NCBI GenBank assembly: GCA_035084275.1
Contig: CM068744.1
Location: forward strand, 15,128,001 to 15,192,000
Length of the DNA: 64,000 bases
Direction of reading: 5' to 3'
Origin: Hydrolagus colliei
Taxonomy: Eukaryota
The translations under genes were made by a program, and so were the position numbers. The notes beneath the pieces are model-generated. The model had not been told where the DNA came from and did no database searches. It saw only the letters and a list, made by a program, of their open reading frames with translations. Shown piece by piece: positions 24,797 to 36,769 of this stretch. The first letter of the stretch is position 1. Each line of letters begins with the position of its first letter.

Positions 24797-25035
24797 CACA
24801 AACAGAAATTGCTGGGAACACTCAGCAGGTCAGGCAGCATCCATGGTGAAAGGAAAAGTGAGTCAACTTTTCGGGTCCACGACCCTTGGTCAGAACTGGG
24901 GCCTGTTGGGAGGGAGAAGCTTTCAAGGACTAAGAGGGGGGAGAGGCAGTGTAAGGAAGACAAAGGAGAAAATGGGAGTAGAGGGCAGGAGATGATGGGT
25001 TAAAGAGTTGTTAGTGTTGTGAAACAAAAGGGGGA
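24797..25035 (-). mobile_element. Penelope-like terminal fragment
   Basis: acagaaattgctgggaacactcagcaggtcaggcagcatcc...tcgggtccacgacccttggtcagaactgg. Confidence 0.8.
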
Positions 25036-25427
25036 GATTGCAACAAAACTGCATCTGCAATATTTTGCGTTTTTATAACTTTTGATGACTACAATGAGCA
25101 CACACTCCCATTGGACCATCCATCTGTCTAATAACACCTATCAATGGGATAGTCCAATAGGAGTATGGGATGTGTTGAGGGGCAGGCAGTTGGTCCAATG
25201 AGAGTGGGAACTGACCTCATCAGATCGACAATTTTCACAAAATTTGGCCACACCATTTGGACCACAAAAACACAACTTTCTGCAGCCTTACTAAGACTTG
25301 CTCTCCTCTGGCGAGCTTCCTCCCATAGCTTCCAACCTCATAGTCCCCCAACACCACACAGCCTGCCTGTTCCTGTCCAAGATCTACAAACAGGAATGTC
25401 CTGGGTGACCTATTGTTTCAGCCTGTT

Positions 25428-25553
25428 CCTGGAAACACTTAGCAGGTCAGGCAGAGTCATGAAGGATCATGGACCCGAAATATTGAATCACTTTTCTTTC
25501 TCCATGGATGCTGCCTAACTTGTATAGTGTTCCCAGCTATTTCTGGTTTTGTT
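25428..25553. mobile_element. Penelope-like fragment with internal inversion
   Basis: ggaaacacttagcaggtcaggcag is followed by an opposite-orientation copy of the same terminal segment. Confidence 0.65.
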
Positions 25554-25554
25554 C

Positions 25555-25950
25555 TAATATTAATCCTTACATTTGATATAGCACCTTTCATGGCAGGAGG
25601 ATGTCTCAAAGCACTTCACAGGATATAAGGATATACTGTGATGTGCACTGATTATGTGTTTTGTTGGCAAACACAGCAGCCAATTTATGCACAGCAGTGT
25701 CCCACAAACAGCCATGAAGTGAATGACTAAATTTATTTGGGAGGATCATTTGCCAGGACGGCAGTAGAAACTCGTATTTCTGTTTTCCCGTTCACCTGAA
25801 CAGGCAGTTTAACATCTCATCCACCAATGCAGCACACTCCCAGCACTGCACTGGAGGTTCTGCCTAGATGGGGTGAGTTCCAAGTTCCTACTTGCGACCT
25901 GACCCACAACTTTCTAACTCAGAGACAAGTGCTATCAACAGAGCCAAGCT
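25555..25950 (-). mobile_element. Older Deu-like SINE
   Basis: SINE tail, Deu-like body and a degenerate tRNA-like head (ttctaactcagagacaagtgctatcaacagagccaagctga). Confidence 0.7.
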
Positions 25951-26533
25951 GAAGTCATATTTTACTAAATAATGGAAAACGGAAATTTAAAGGTTTTTTC
26001 ACGAACCAGCCATTGATATGTTAGCAAAAGCAGCAATGAACGATCAATGGGGACAAACTTGAAGAAATTACTGCACCTTTGATGCTAGACTGCACTTAAT
26101 TGGCAAAGTAAAATAAGGTTTAGTTTTAACAGAAGCAATTACAACACATTTTCATGAAAGGGCCTATCAGCTTTTCATCTAAACAAATTATACGATACAC
26201 ATCTGAGGTTTTTTGAACCACCGCTATTAATAATACAGGAAATTGGTAGATTTCTTGTTGCAAATAAAGCAGTGATTACGTGGATAAATTGTTCTTGTTT
26301 TGACTCACAGATGTTCAGAGAGTGGAACCACACAGTACAGTGTTTAATAACACAGCAATGTAATTACAAATAAAGTGGGCAGCAGGACATTTAGCCTCAA
26401 CATATAAAAGATGTTTGATCTTGATTGTTAGTACAATTTAGTGTCAGTGACGTATGCACGTTTGAGCTATGATGTCATTTTTTGGTACAACACAAGTATA
26501 AAATTGCACCTGGGTCTAGATTTGTTCCATTAA

Positions 26534-26865
26534 TCCTGTGGTTTAGTGGTTAGAGCACTTGTCTTGCAAGCTGGGGAGACCAGGATGGGGAGACCTGTGT
26601 TCGAATCCAGGCAGGTCAGGACGAAACCTTGGGCAAGTTTCCTTACTCCACATGCCTAATAATAATCCGTCCGAAAAAAAACACAATAATAAAATTGGTC
26701 ATTTTCAATCCACGACTGTTTGTGGGACACTGCTGTGCACAATTGGCTGCCACGATTCGCCCACAAATATACAGTCAGTTCACTTTACAGTACATTCTGT
26801 GAAGCGCTTTGGGACATAGATAAGATGTGAAAAGCGCTGTACCAAATGCAAGGATTATTATTATA
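26534..26865 (+). mobile_element. tRNA-derived SINE, full length (same variant as 1853-2188)
   Basis: Head carries the 14-bp duplication aagctggggagacc/aggatggggagacc and caggtcagg; complete tail. Confidence 0.93.
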
Positions 26866-27089
26866 TTATCTATTACAGAACAGTATTGGCTCTGGTAAAC
26901 TGGATTCAAAATCAATAACCATCATCCCCACCAATAACTCCCAACCTTTCTTTCATGCCTCACATCTGTGCTTTTACACACTCACTTCCCAACATTCCCC
27001 ACCTCTGCCACTATAAGCATCCTTCTCATGGGATAGTACGTGGGAAGATTTAAAAATAGGAATAATTCAAGTGAGTTCTCATTCTCACC

Positions 27090-27455
27090 TGAGTCATTTG
27101 GGGACTTTGAACTCATATATAGTCCAGGCTGGCACTTTGGTGCAATGTTCGGTGTGCAGTCCTTCAGGTGAGATATTAAACCAAGTTAGCGTTTGTCTGT
27201 TTAAGTGAACGTTAAAGTTCCCATGCCACTTCAAAAAGAGAAGGCTGTTTCTCCCAACATTCTTGTGAAAAATCTCCAAATAAAATTGATCACTCACTCC
27301 TTGGCTGTTTGTGGGATTTTGCTGTGTGCAAATTGACAACAGGTTTCACCCACAAATACACAGTCAGTCCACTTCCCAGTTTATCCTGGTGAAGCACTTT
27401 GATTTGCCTTGATGAGATGATAAGCTGCTATATTAAATGCAAGGATTATTATTTT
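27090..27455 (+). mobile_element. Older Deu-like SINE
   Basis: gagatattaaaccaag...gttaaagttcccatgccacttc...ctgtttgtgggattttgctgtgtgcaaattg, then tail. Confidence 0.68.
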
Positions 27456-29417
27456 TATAAATCCAATGAAGTGCTTTGAGACATTATCTAAATGCTAAAA
27501 TTGCCAAATGCAAAGATTTCTACTATTATCTGAGATTGGGTTGTGCTATTCCTATCATTCTTGGTCATTATTATCATAAAAGGAGAAAATGGCCAGAAAC
27601 ACTGCCTTTGTATATACCAACTTTACACTAATTTTGTCCAAAATTACCATGGTGAGATTCTATAACTGCCTCCCCTCACACCAACAAGGCATAACATGGG
27701 AGGCTGAACATATCTAGTGAATAATTATCACATCACCAATCCCATTTTTTTTCTCCTATATGAATTAAGATAATGTAGTCAATTTATATTTACTACGGTA
27801 TATACATTTTATGCATTATTGATTGTATCGGGAGTTCACATTCCTATCCCTAAATTCTCCATTGGAACTTACATATTTGACAAAAGGAAACAGCTCAGTT
27901 TAATAATTCACAAATGCCTTTCTAAAAGACTGATCTCCCTTGAGGGCTCACAACTGGGATCCTCTTTGATAAATGAAGCAGCTTGTTTAACTTGTTTAAA
28001 TACCCTCTTCTAAAATATTATTAAGTAGTGAACTTTAGATGACAAAGTACTTCACAAGGTTTTATTACCAGCTGTGTTAAAGTTACACAATATAAGTGAT
28101 TGTGCATACATAAGAGAGAAATTAGGTCAAAGGCACAATACTGCTGAGCTGTGTTATAACACAGGATACGTGATTCATAAAATCAAGCCCTGGTAGTCGG
28201 TTTCAATACCTATGTGTACAGCTCACTTCTTGCTTGAGGGACAGTTACTGCGCTGATATAAAAATGGCAGACCTCCAGGTCATCAGGTCACTGTCAAATT
28301 CACTTCCTATTTGCTGCGCTTGAGAAAATTGACATAATTGGTGATCTGATGAGCTGGAAGTCAGCCATTGATGTTGAACCACGGCAAATAAAAATTCCCA
28401 ACATCTAGGTCCTTAGATCGCCACTGATGTCAACAATAACAACACATAATTGTATTTATATAGCTCCTTGATCAGGAAATAGATTATGCTGGATTGGTTT
28501 TCCGGGAGTTGGCACAATTCGCAACTGGCATGATTCAATTGTTATCAATCCTGTACACATTCCATGTGTAGGTGGCATGCAGAGAAAACTCAGCATAGTT
28601 TGGATACTCTTAAACATGGTTTTGGGGTCCGCATGTGTCAAACACATGCCGGACCCCAAAGAATGCCATAAATATTTAGTCTGCATTCTTACAAGACGTA
28701 GCACAGTGTTCGGGTCAGGAATCTTGTTTTTAATTCCGTGCCTTAACTCAATGCAAGTTGTAGTTAACCACTAGGAAACAGAACAATATACAGTATATGA
28801 ATATTGTCACAATAAGTAAAACAAGCTTGCACAATATACATATTTCTTTAAAACTTTCAAATTTTACTTCTGTTTAAAAAAAATAGTAGTTGACATGTGA
28901 TAATCGAGATGGGTGTGTCCAATATTTGGCAGTTGTATATACAATAGCAAATCTGTGTTACTTTCATTGTGTGTATGAGTCAATTTCGTCTGCCAATATG
29001 TTGCTGAATATATGTATAATCATCAGCCATTCAATGGATATGAGGCATTCACTAAGGGAGGGATTTTGCTTGAATTTGCTCCCATTGATGAGTGTGTGTC
29101 TGATTCATACATTAGGCTGGTTTTACTGGCGAGGAACATATCTAAGCTGCAAAGAAGATCCAGAAACATATTCTTTTTAGGTGCTTTTTATTTAAGCCAA
29201 AAAACTAATATTCTCTCTTAAACCAATGATGTGAATCATTTTTTTCTCATACATATGTGTGTTTCCTTCAATTGAATTTGAAGGTTTCAGAATCTCTGGG
29301 TGTTTTTTTCTGCCAGGAAGAATGGGTGGGGTGTTGTCTGTGAGTGTAAATTAGTTTTGTATAGTCTGTGAAGGAAGCTGTGCTGATGGGCTGAGCAAAG
29401 TAACAAGGCCCTGGGCA

Positions 29418-30860
29418 CAACAACAAAATTACACTTGTAAAGCTCCTTTCACATCAGGAGGAAATCCCAAGGTGCTGGATAGTCATTGTTTCAGATCTGA
29501 GCTGGTATCAGGGATGTGGAGGGTGGAGGAAAAGGACGGGATTTTGGGTAACCGATGGGACCATCGAAGAGGAGGGTCTTGAAGCGGGACTTGAAGGAGG
29601 CTAGGGAGGTGAAGGGATTGCGGGATGGAGTTCCAGAGTTTGGGGCAGAGTGACTGAAGGCTCGCCCGCCAATAGTGGGCAGGTAGGTTGGGGGTCATAG
29701 AGCAGGCTGGAACCTGCTGAGCGGAGTGGGTGGACAGGTAGGGGTTATGAGGTCCCAGAGATAGGGTGGAGTGAGGCCAAGTAAGGCTTTGAATGTGAAG
29801 ACCAGGATCTTGAATTGAATCCTCTGGGTGATGGGGAGCCAATGGAGTTGGGTGAGGATGGGGGAGATGGGGTCATGCAGCTTGGAACGATAGAGGACAT
29901 GGGCCGGATTATCTGTAGCCTATGAAGGGAGGAATTGGGAAGGCTGACAAGCAAGGCATTGGGGTAGACGAGCCAGGATGTAATGAAGGCGTGAATGAGG
30001 GTTTCAGCGGCTTCAGGCGTGAAGTAGTGGTGAGTTGGGGAATATTGCGGAGGTGAGGGAAGGTGGAGCGGGTCATGGCTTGGATGTGGGGGAGGAAAGA
30101 CGTTCAGGATCAAACAAGACACCTAGGTTCCTGACTGGATTGGTGAGGTTGAGTGTGCAACCACGGAGGTTGATGCATGAAGGCGCTGGCGCGAGCCAAT
30201 CAAGGAATCCTTAGTCTTGTTGACATTCAACAGTTAGCTCTCATCCAGGACTTGATGTCTGACAGGCAATCTGTCATAAATACAGTGGTCCTGGAGTCAA
30301 GGCAGAGGCAGAAAATAGAGTTGGGAAAGTTGGAAGTTGACCCCATGTCTGCAGATGATGTCACCAAGGGAGAGCATGTAGATTTTAGAAAGTAGGGGGC
30401 CAAGGACAGAGATCTGGGGGAAGGCACAGGTGACAGTGCAGCGGATAGAAGAGAAACCGATGATGGTGACAAAGTGAGGACGGTGAGAAAGGTAGGAGTT
30501 GGGCCAGGCGGGGGCAGGTCCATGAAGATTGAGCTGGGAGGAGAGGGGGTGTAGGAGGATGGAGTGGTCAACAGTGTTGAAGGCAGCAATGAGGTTCAAG
30601 GAGGACAAGGAGGCAGAGAGCCCTGATCACAGAAGGACGGTATGTTTTAGTGTAATCTAGCCAAATCTGCCGATGGACCGTCAGTTTGGATTTGGTCCAG
30701 GCACATTCAGCAGCTCGCACTTGCGGCTTGAGGGTTTGGAGCTGGCTGGTATACTAGGGGGATTTACGGGCGTAATAAATGGTTCGGGAGGTGAGGAGGA
30801 CAAGGGAATCGAGGATGGAGGAGAGCGATTTGGAGAGGGTGATGAGGGGTTGCAAAAAAA
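29418..30860 (-). mobile_element. L2 LINE, ~1.4-kb 3' fragment
   Basis: LNLIAAFNTVDHSILL, PQISVLGPLL, TDCLSDIKSWMRAN and AETLIHAFITSWL, with the tail at 29418. Confidence 0.92.
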
Positions 30861-30947
30861 AAACACAGATGGGTCAAGAATTACATTGATGTAGTCCTTT
30901 TCATATAGAAGTAGAGTTCAAAACAATAATCTGAAAACCTAGAACCA

Positions 30948-31320
30948 ATCCTGTAGCTCAGTGCTTAGAGCGTTTGCCTCGCAAGCAAGAGACCACGGTT
31001 CGATTCCTGGTAGGGCGAAACTTTGGGCAAGTTTCCTTAATCCACATGCCTCTATTTACTTAGCAATAAGTAGGAACCAAGTTGTTAATCGATTCATGGA
31101 TCACTTTTCCAATGGTAATAATTCCTTCAACAAAAAATAATAATAATAAATTGGTCATTTCAATCCATGACTTCTTGTGGAACTCTGCTGTGCGCAATTG
31201 GCTGCTGCATTTTGCCCACAAAATATACAGTCAATTCACTTCACAGTATATTTTGTGAAATGATTTGAGACATCTTAAAGACATGATATGTCGTTATATT
31301 AAACCCAAGGATTATTAATA
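30948..31320 (+). mobile_element. tRNA-derived SINE, long form with CORE-like central segment
   Basis: Head, then ctttgggcaagtttccttaatccacatgcctctatttacttagcaataagtaggaacc, then body and tail. Confidence 0.9.
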
Positions 31321-32269
31321 TTTAAACTAGAAACAGAAGTAGCATTCTGATTGTTTGAGATTTCATTCTCAATCTGCTTTTGGACTCTCTGAAGTATCTG
31401 TTATCCTTTGCAACATTGCCATTCAGTTTTTCTCTTGATTTCAGCCAAATTTTAAAAAGACAAATAGAATAATGTCTCCAAGGCTGCAACCTTTAAAAAC
31501 TGAGTGTTCTTCCTGTGATACAATTACTTTTGGAATCCCTTAGAAACAAAATTAAACCCAGCTTGTCATGTTTGGATGAATTGGCTTATTGTAGGTACAG
31601 AAATCAGATTAGTAATGATTAGAGGCTAAATACTAGCGTGTAACATAGCTACTGTGCTTTCACCACATCAGTTCACTGGATGGTGTGATCATGAACACAA
31701 GACGTACACCACAGGAGACCCATGTGACTGGCTAGTATTTGTGTTTTGCAAAATCTATAATTTGGATGTTCCTTTGTTTGGATGACAGTGCAGCCTGAGC
31801 TCAATTTTCTTGATTGAAAACATTCCAAAGCACTTATTTCAATTCAAAAAGATTGCATTCTTTTCCATTCATCTATGCTAATGACATCTTGGGCAAAAAC
31901 AATGTCAAGATACATAACAGTTTATGAACCATTCTTCACATCATGGTTTCTGAAGAGCAATTGAACAATCCCTGACCGTTCAGCACCTTAGGGCGTCCTC
32001 CTGACATGAAAGGTATTTAACAAATGTAATTTTGCATTGTATTATTCCTCTTTACATATCTATCTTGTTCAAAATATGGACTCTCTCTTGACCACTGTAA
32101 CTGTGATTGCATTCCATATCTTATCAACTAAGTGAAAAAGTCTCTTGATCTCCCCTTTGTTCCCTTGCTAAAAATCTTAAATTAATACTGTATGCAGACT
32201 AACAGTTTTCCAGAGTCACTGAACTGTTGCTCAATTGTTCAATATTCCTAGAATTTACTTATGCATCAT

Positions 32270-32590
32270 TAAAGATAATAATAAGAATAACAACAATTTG
32301 GGTACTCAATCCGCGACTGTTTGTGGGACACTACTGTACGCAATTAGCCAAATGCGGTAACCAGTTGTGCACAGCAGGATCCCATAAACAGTCGAAGATT
32401 GAAATGACCCATTTTGTTATTGTATTTTTTCTTGAGGGATTATTATCAGGCATGTGGAGTAAGGAAACTTGCCTAAAGTTTCGCCCTGCCTGGAATCAAA
32501 CACAGGTTTCTCGCTTGTGAGGCGATTGCTCTAACCACTGACTCCACAATGATGAGACCCTATATCAGATGCAAGGATCATCATCATTAT
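32270..32590. mobile_element. Nested or inverted SINE pieces
   Basis: Plus-strand body (32270-32352), minus-strand head and body (32357-32548), plus-strand tail (32558-32590). Confidence 0.75.
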
Positions 32591-32924
32591 TTGACTATAA
32601 AATATCTGAGTTTCCCTTAATGTCGCAGATGCTCAATGCATTGATGTGCCACTAGAGGACTTATAGACCAGAAATGACCCAGTCTTAGTCTCTCTGAGTT
32701 ATTTGTTCTCATTCTTGGTAGAATTAGCCCATATTTTTCTGTCTGGCTCAATTGGTATCACTCTACCCTCTGAGTCAGAAGGTTGTGGGTACAAACCGCA
32801 TGTAGTTTTTTCAGTCAGGCGGGAGTATCTGATCACCATGCTTAAGAATATCCAAAGCGCTGATAGTGAAAATTCCACTTTGGAAGTCTAGGTTAACACT
32901 CCAACGCCCCAGAAATAACTTGGG

Positions 32925-33130
32925 AGTCCTGTAGCTTATTGGTTTAAAACACTAGCCTCGCAAGAAAGAGGACTTCGGTTTGATTCCTGGACCGGTTGAA
33001 ACCTTAGGAAAGTTTCATTACTCCACATGCTTCTGTTTACCTAGCTGTAACTAGGAATCTGATTGTAAGTCAATTGGCAGATTGGTTTTCTGGGGGTAAT
33101 AATCCCTTCAATACAGAAATAAATAAATAA
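32925..33130 (+). mobile_element. Long-form SINE 5' half
   Basis: Head plus ccacatgcttctgtttacctagctgtaactaggaatc. Confidence 0.8.
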
Positions 33131-33266
33131 ATAATCAGACAGGACAAATAATGCTGCATAGGCTGCAATAGCGCTATATAAGAATTTTGCATCAGAGGAA
33201 CCCAGGAACTAGAGAAAGGTATTAAAAGTAACCCAGGAAAATAAAAGGAAGTAAGTTTGACCTGTT

Positions 33267-33502
33267 GTCCTGTAGCTCAGTGGTTAGAGCACTCGCCTTG
33301 CAAGTGAGAGACCTGGGTTCAAATCCAGGCAGGGCAAAACCTTGGGCAAGTTTCTTTACTCAGCTCGACTGATAATAATCCCTCATAAAAAAGATTTGGT
33401 CATTTCAATCCACGACTGTTAGTGGGACACTGCTGTACAAAATTTGCTGCCGCTTTTTGCCCACAAATATACAATTAATTCACTTTACAGTATATTGTGT
33501 GA
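33267..33502 (+). mobile_element. tRNA-derived SINE truncated by CR1
   Basis: Clean head and body that end where CR1 sequence begins. Confidence 0.85.
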
Positions 33503-33504
33503 CA

Positions 33505-33970
33505 TACAGTTCTGGTCTCTGCAGTATAAAAAGGACATGGGAGAGGGCAACCAGAATGATTGAGGGAATGGAGGGACTGGACTATGAGGAGGTACTAAGT
33601 AAATTGAGCATGTTCACACTGGAAAACATAAGATTGAGAGGAGATATGATTGCTGTATTCTAAAAAGGCTAGACAATATAGATCATAAAACATTAAAACC
33701 AGAGAACACAGCCTGCGATTGAAGTGGAGTAATTTCAGAATGAATCTAAGGAATAACTATTTCAGTGACCAAATAGTAAACAGGCTCCCTCGAGAGACAG
33801 TTAAAGAGGGAACTATTGATTTCTTCAAACACAGGTTAGATAGTTTTCTTTTAGGAAATACTATTATAGGATATAGTACATAGGTAGTTCGGGACATATG
33901 TGCATGCAACTGCCAGGAAGGCAAACTAGATGGACCCTAGCCTTTTCTCGTCTGTCATTTCCTATGTCCT
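33505..33970 (+). mobile_element. CR1 3' fragment
   Basis: RATRMIEGMEGLDYEEVLSKLSMFTLENIRLRGDMIAVF; tail tttcctatgtccta. Confidence 0.85.
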
Positions 33971-34424
33971 AATAATAATGATTTGGCAATTCAATTCATA
34001 ATGATGGGACATTGCTGTGTGCAATTAGCTGCCACACTTCATTCACATAATATACATTGAATTCACTTGACAGTATAATCTGTGAAGCGCTTTGAGATAC
34101 CTTGAAGACGTGATACAGCGATATATCAAATGCAAGGATTATTACAACAACAACTTAGATTTATATAGTGCCCTCCATGCTGGACGGCGTCTCATTATTA
34201 TGATGCAATTTTCACCTCATTACTATTTAGTCTAAACAGAGTTGTACACCGTCAATTCAATTTACAGTATATGCTTTGTGTTCACCCACAAAACATAGTG
34301 AGTCCACTTTAAAGCATATCCTGTGAAGTACTTTGAGAATTCCTCCTGAAGAATGCTATACCAAATGTAGGGATTATTGTTTTATATAAATCCTCTTCCA
34401 TGTGTTTATCATCTCCTATCTCAT

Positions 34425-34945
34425 CTGAAACCTTCATCCATGTGTCCATCACCTCCCACCTCAACTACTGAATTGCCCTAGCTCCACCATCCATAAAATG
34501 CAGTTAATCCAAAACTATACCACCTACATACTCCCCAGTAGTAAACTCCTTACCCCCATCACACTAGTTCTAGCAATAATGCAATCGGCAAACTGATCAA
34601 TTTCAAGATCTTTACCTTGTCTTCAAATCCCTTCATGCCCTGATACCTCCCTACCTCTCCGACCTACTTAAACTCCTACCCATTGCTCATTGCCTTCACT
34701 CGACTTGCTCCAGCCTCCTGCTTGTCCTTCTTGGCCTCTGTTCCACCATTGATGGCCGTGCTTTCAGCCATTATCCCCCGAAGTTCTGATACCCTCTCCC
34801 TCAGTCCCTCCACCTTGCCACCTCATTCCCCATCTTCCCTATCTCCAAATCAAGCCTATATATGGCCATTTCCTCCCTCCTTCTGGCTTGTTGGTTTGCT
34901 CTGCCAATGTCAAGCACTTTGGGATGCTATATAAGTGCAATTTTA
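34425..34945 (+). mobile_element. L2 3' fragment (old)
   Basis: Degenerate similarity to the other L2 ORF2 C-terminal copies in this window. Confidence 0.72.
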
Positions 34946-35305
34946 TTTTAAAAATCTATTTGTGAGTTTTAGAGAATAATAGGCACATGGGCAAATTACC
35001 ATCTTAAGTTTAGGCCTGGCTGAAGAAATGCACAACTGGACGTCAAACAAGAACAGAATGAACCTTGGCAATGCTGCCCCCGAAGGACGGCCAGCACCCA
35101 AGTTGCAATGTAAGAGGTTACAAGAACAAATCAAACTGTACCTCGTCTGAGTCATTACCATCAGGAGAGAAGACTAAGGAGAAAATCAAAAGTATAAAAC
35201 AAAGGAATTATAAAGTGCTATTTGTGCAACATAACTTTCAAAGCATTTAATAAAATGAAAATATTTGTTAAGAAAGAAAGAGATGTGTTTCACAGATGTA
35301 TCATA

Positions 35306-35590
35306 AACAACAACAAAATGACATTGATAGAGTGCCTTTCATGTCGGGAAGACATCCCAAGGCGCTGAACAGTCTGAGGTCGGGACCTGAGCATGGGGAA
35401 GGGGCAAGGTTGTGGGGAGGAGCAGTGTAGTGGGGAGGAGAGGGAGAGAGGTGAGAGGGTGGTAGAAGGCACAATCGAAAAGTAGGGTCTGGAGACCGGT
35501 GTTGAAGGAGGCAAGGGGGTAAGCGAGACAAGGAGACTGTGGGATGGAGTTCCAGAATGTGGGGTGAGAGAGACTGAAAGCACAGCCACC
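35306..35590 (-). mobile_element. L2 3' fragment abutting a SINE fragment (35605-35700)
   Basis: AFSLSHPTFWNSIPQS...SFNTGLQTLLFDCAF and type A tail. Confidence 0.85.
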
Positions 35591-36769
35591 AGTAACTAAA
35601 GTGGTGATTGTGTATTTTATGGGCAAATCTGGTGGCCAATTTGCACAAAACAATGTCCCACAAGCTGTCATGGAGTAAGTGACCAATTTATTTGAGAGAT
35701 TTTGGGACATCTTCTCTTTTCAAATAGTTCCCTGGCATTTTCAATGTACCTCCTACCCATTAGGACTTTGGCTTGCAGGGTTAATAGGAGCAAAGTGAAA
35801 TGAATCCGTATCCCCAGTGGCCAGGCTGCACTACAAGACCTGCTGTTGGTCTGTCATCAATAGTGCGTTGGGGTACTGTGGACCCACCTGCCTCAGGAAC
35901 CAGACAACCGAGATCACCACTGAGGGTTAACACAATTCCAATATTCCTTTGACAAGCATGTCATTTGGACTGACCTTAGCCCTAAGGAGATCCCTCTTAT
36001 CTCCTACCCCATCCAGCAAGGAGTATTATCACACAGTAACTGAACAATACTTGTATTGCTGTAAACAGCTGAAGTGAAGTGAAAGATTAGATGCCAAGAT
36101 ATCTTAGTTACTCATATTATCCACATTCTGGAATGTTTGCCCCAAACCTCTACCCTTCTCCACACATTCTGTTGGAATCCTCTATCAATAGCTGCACTGA
36201 AGGTTCAGGCGAAGAACCTTGCACATTTGAACTCACCATTTAACTTAAATGAAGATTATGGAGGATTTTAAATGTTGCAATTATGTCAATGATTTAATTA
36301 TCCCTCCTTGTGAATCATCTTGTGAACTGGCCTACAATTCCTGTAAGGTAAGGTTTCATTGTACAGGAAAAGTGATAAAAACGGCAACTACTGCTACTTT
36401 GTGAACAAACTCCTTTCCCACTCCATTTGCCATTGTGTTGTGACCTAGACGTCATATCCCTTAGCTGTCTCCAGATTCTGTCACTTGCCGTGTGATTAAC
36501 TAAGCAATACAGATGTTCAAAGTTCCCAGGAGTCCCCAGAGGGAGATCACAGCTCCGAAAATACTTGTGTTCCTAAGAAATTCCTCAGAAATAATTACAA
36601 CAACTGAAATTGGTTCTGCTGTTATACTTCTGAGGTGGGAGGATTCATCCTCCATGGGAATGTGTGCAGATGATTATATTTGCTTCAGAGCTCTTTATTT
36701 GCAGAACTGTTTTGATTTTGCAGTAACACAGAAGTAAAACATGCAGTGATTTTACACTGTAATTAATAA

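Noticed and set aside
33267-33340. tRNA genes at the SINE heads
   Set aside because: A and B boxes are present, but there is no proper acceptor stem or Pol III terminator, and each head continues into SINE body.
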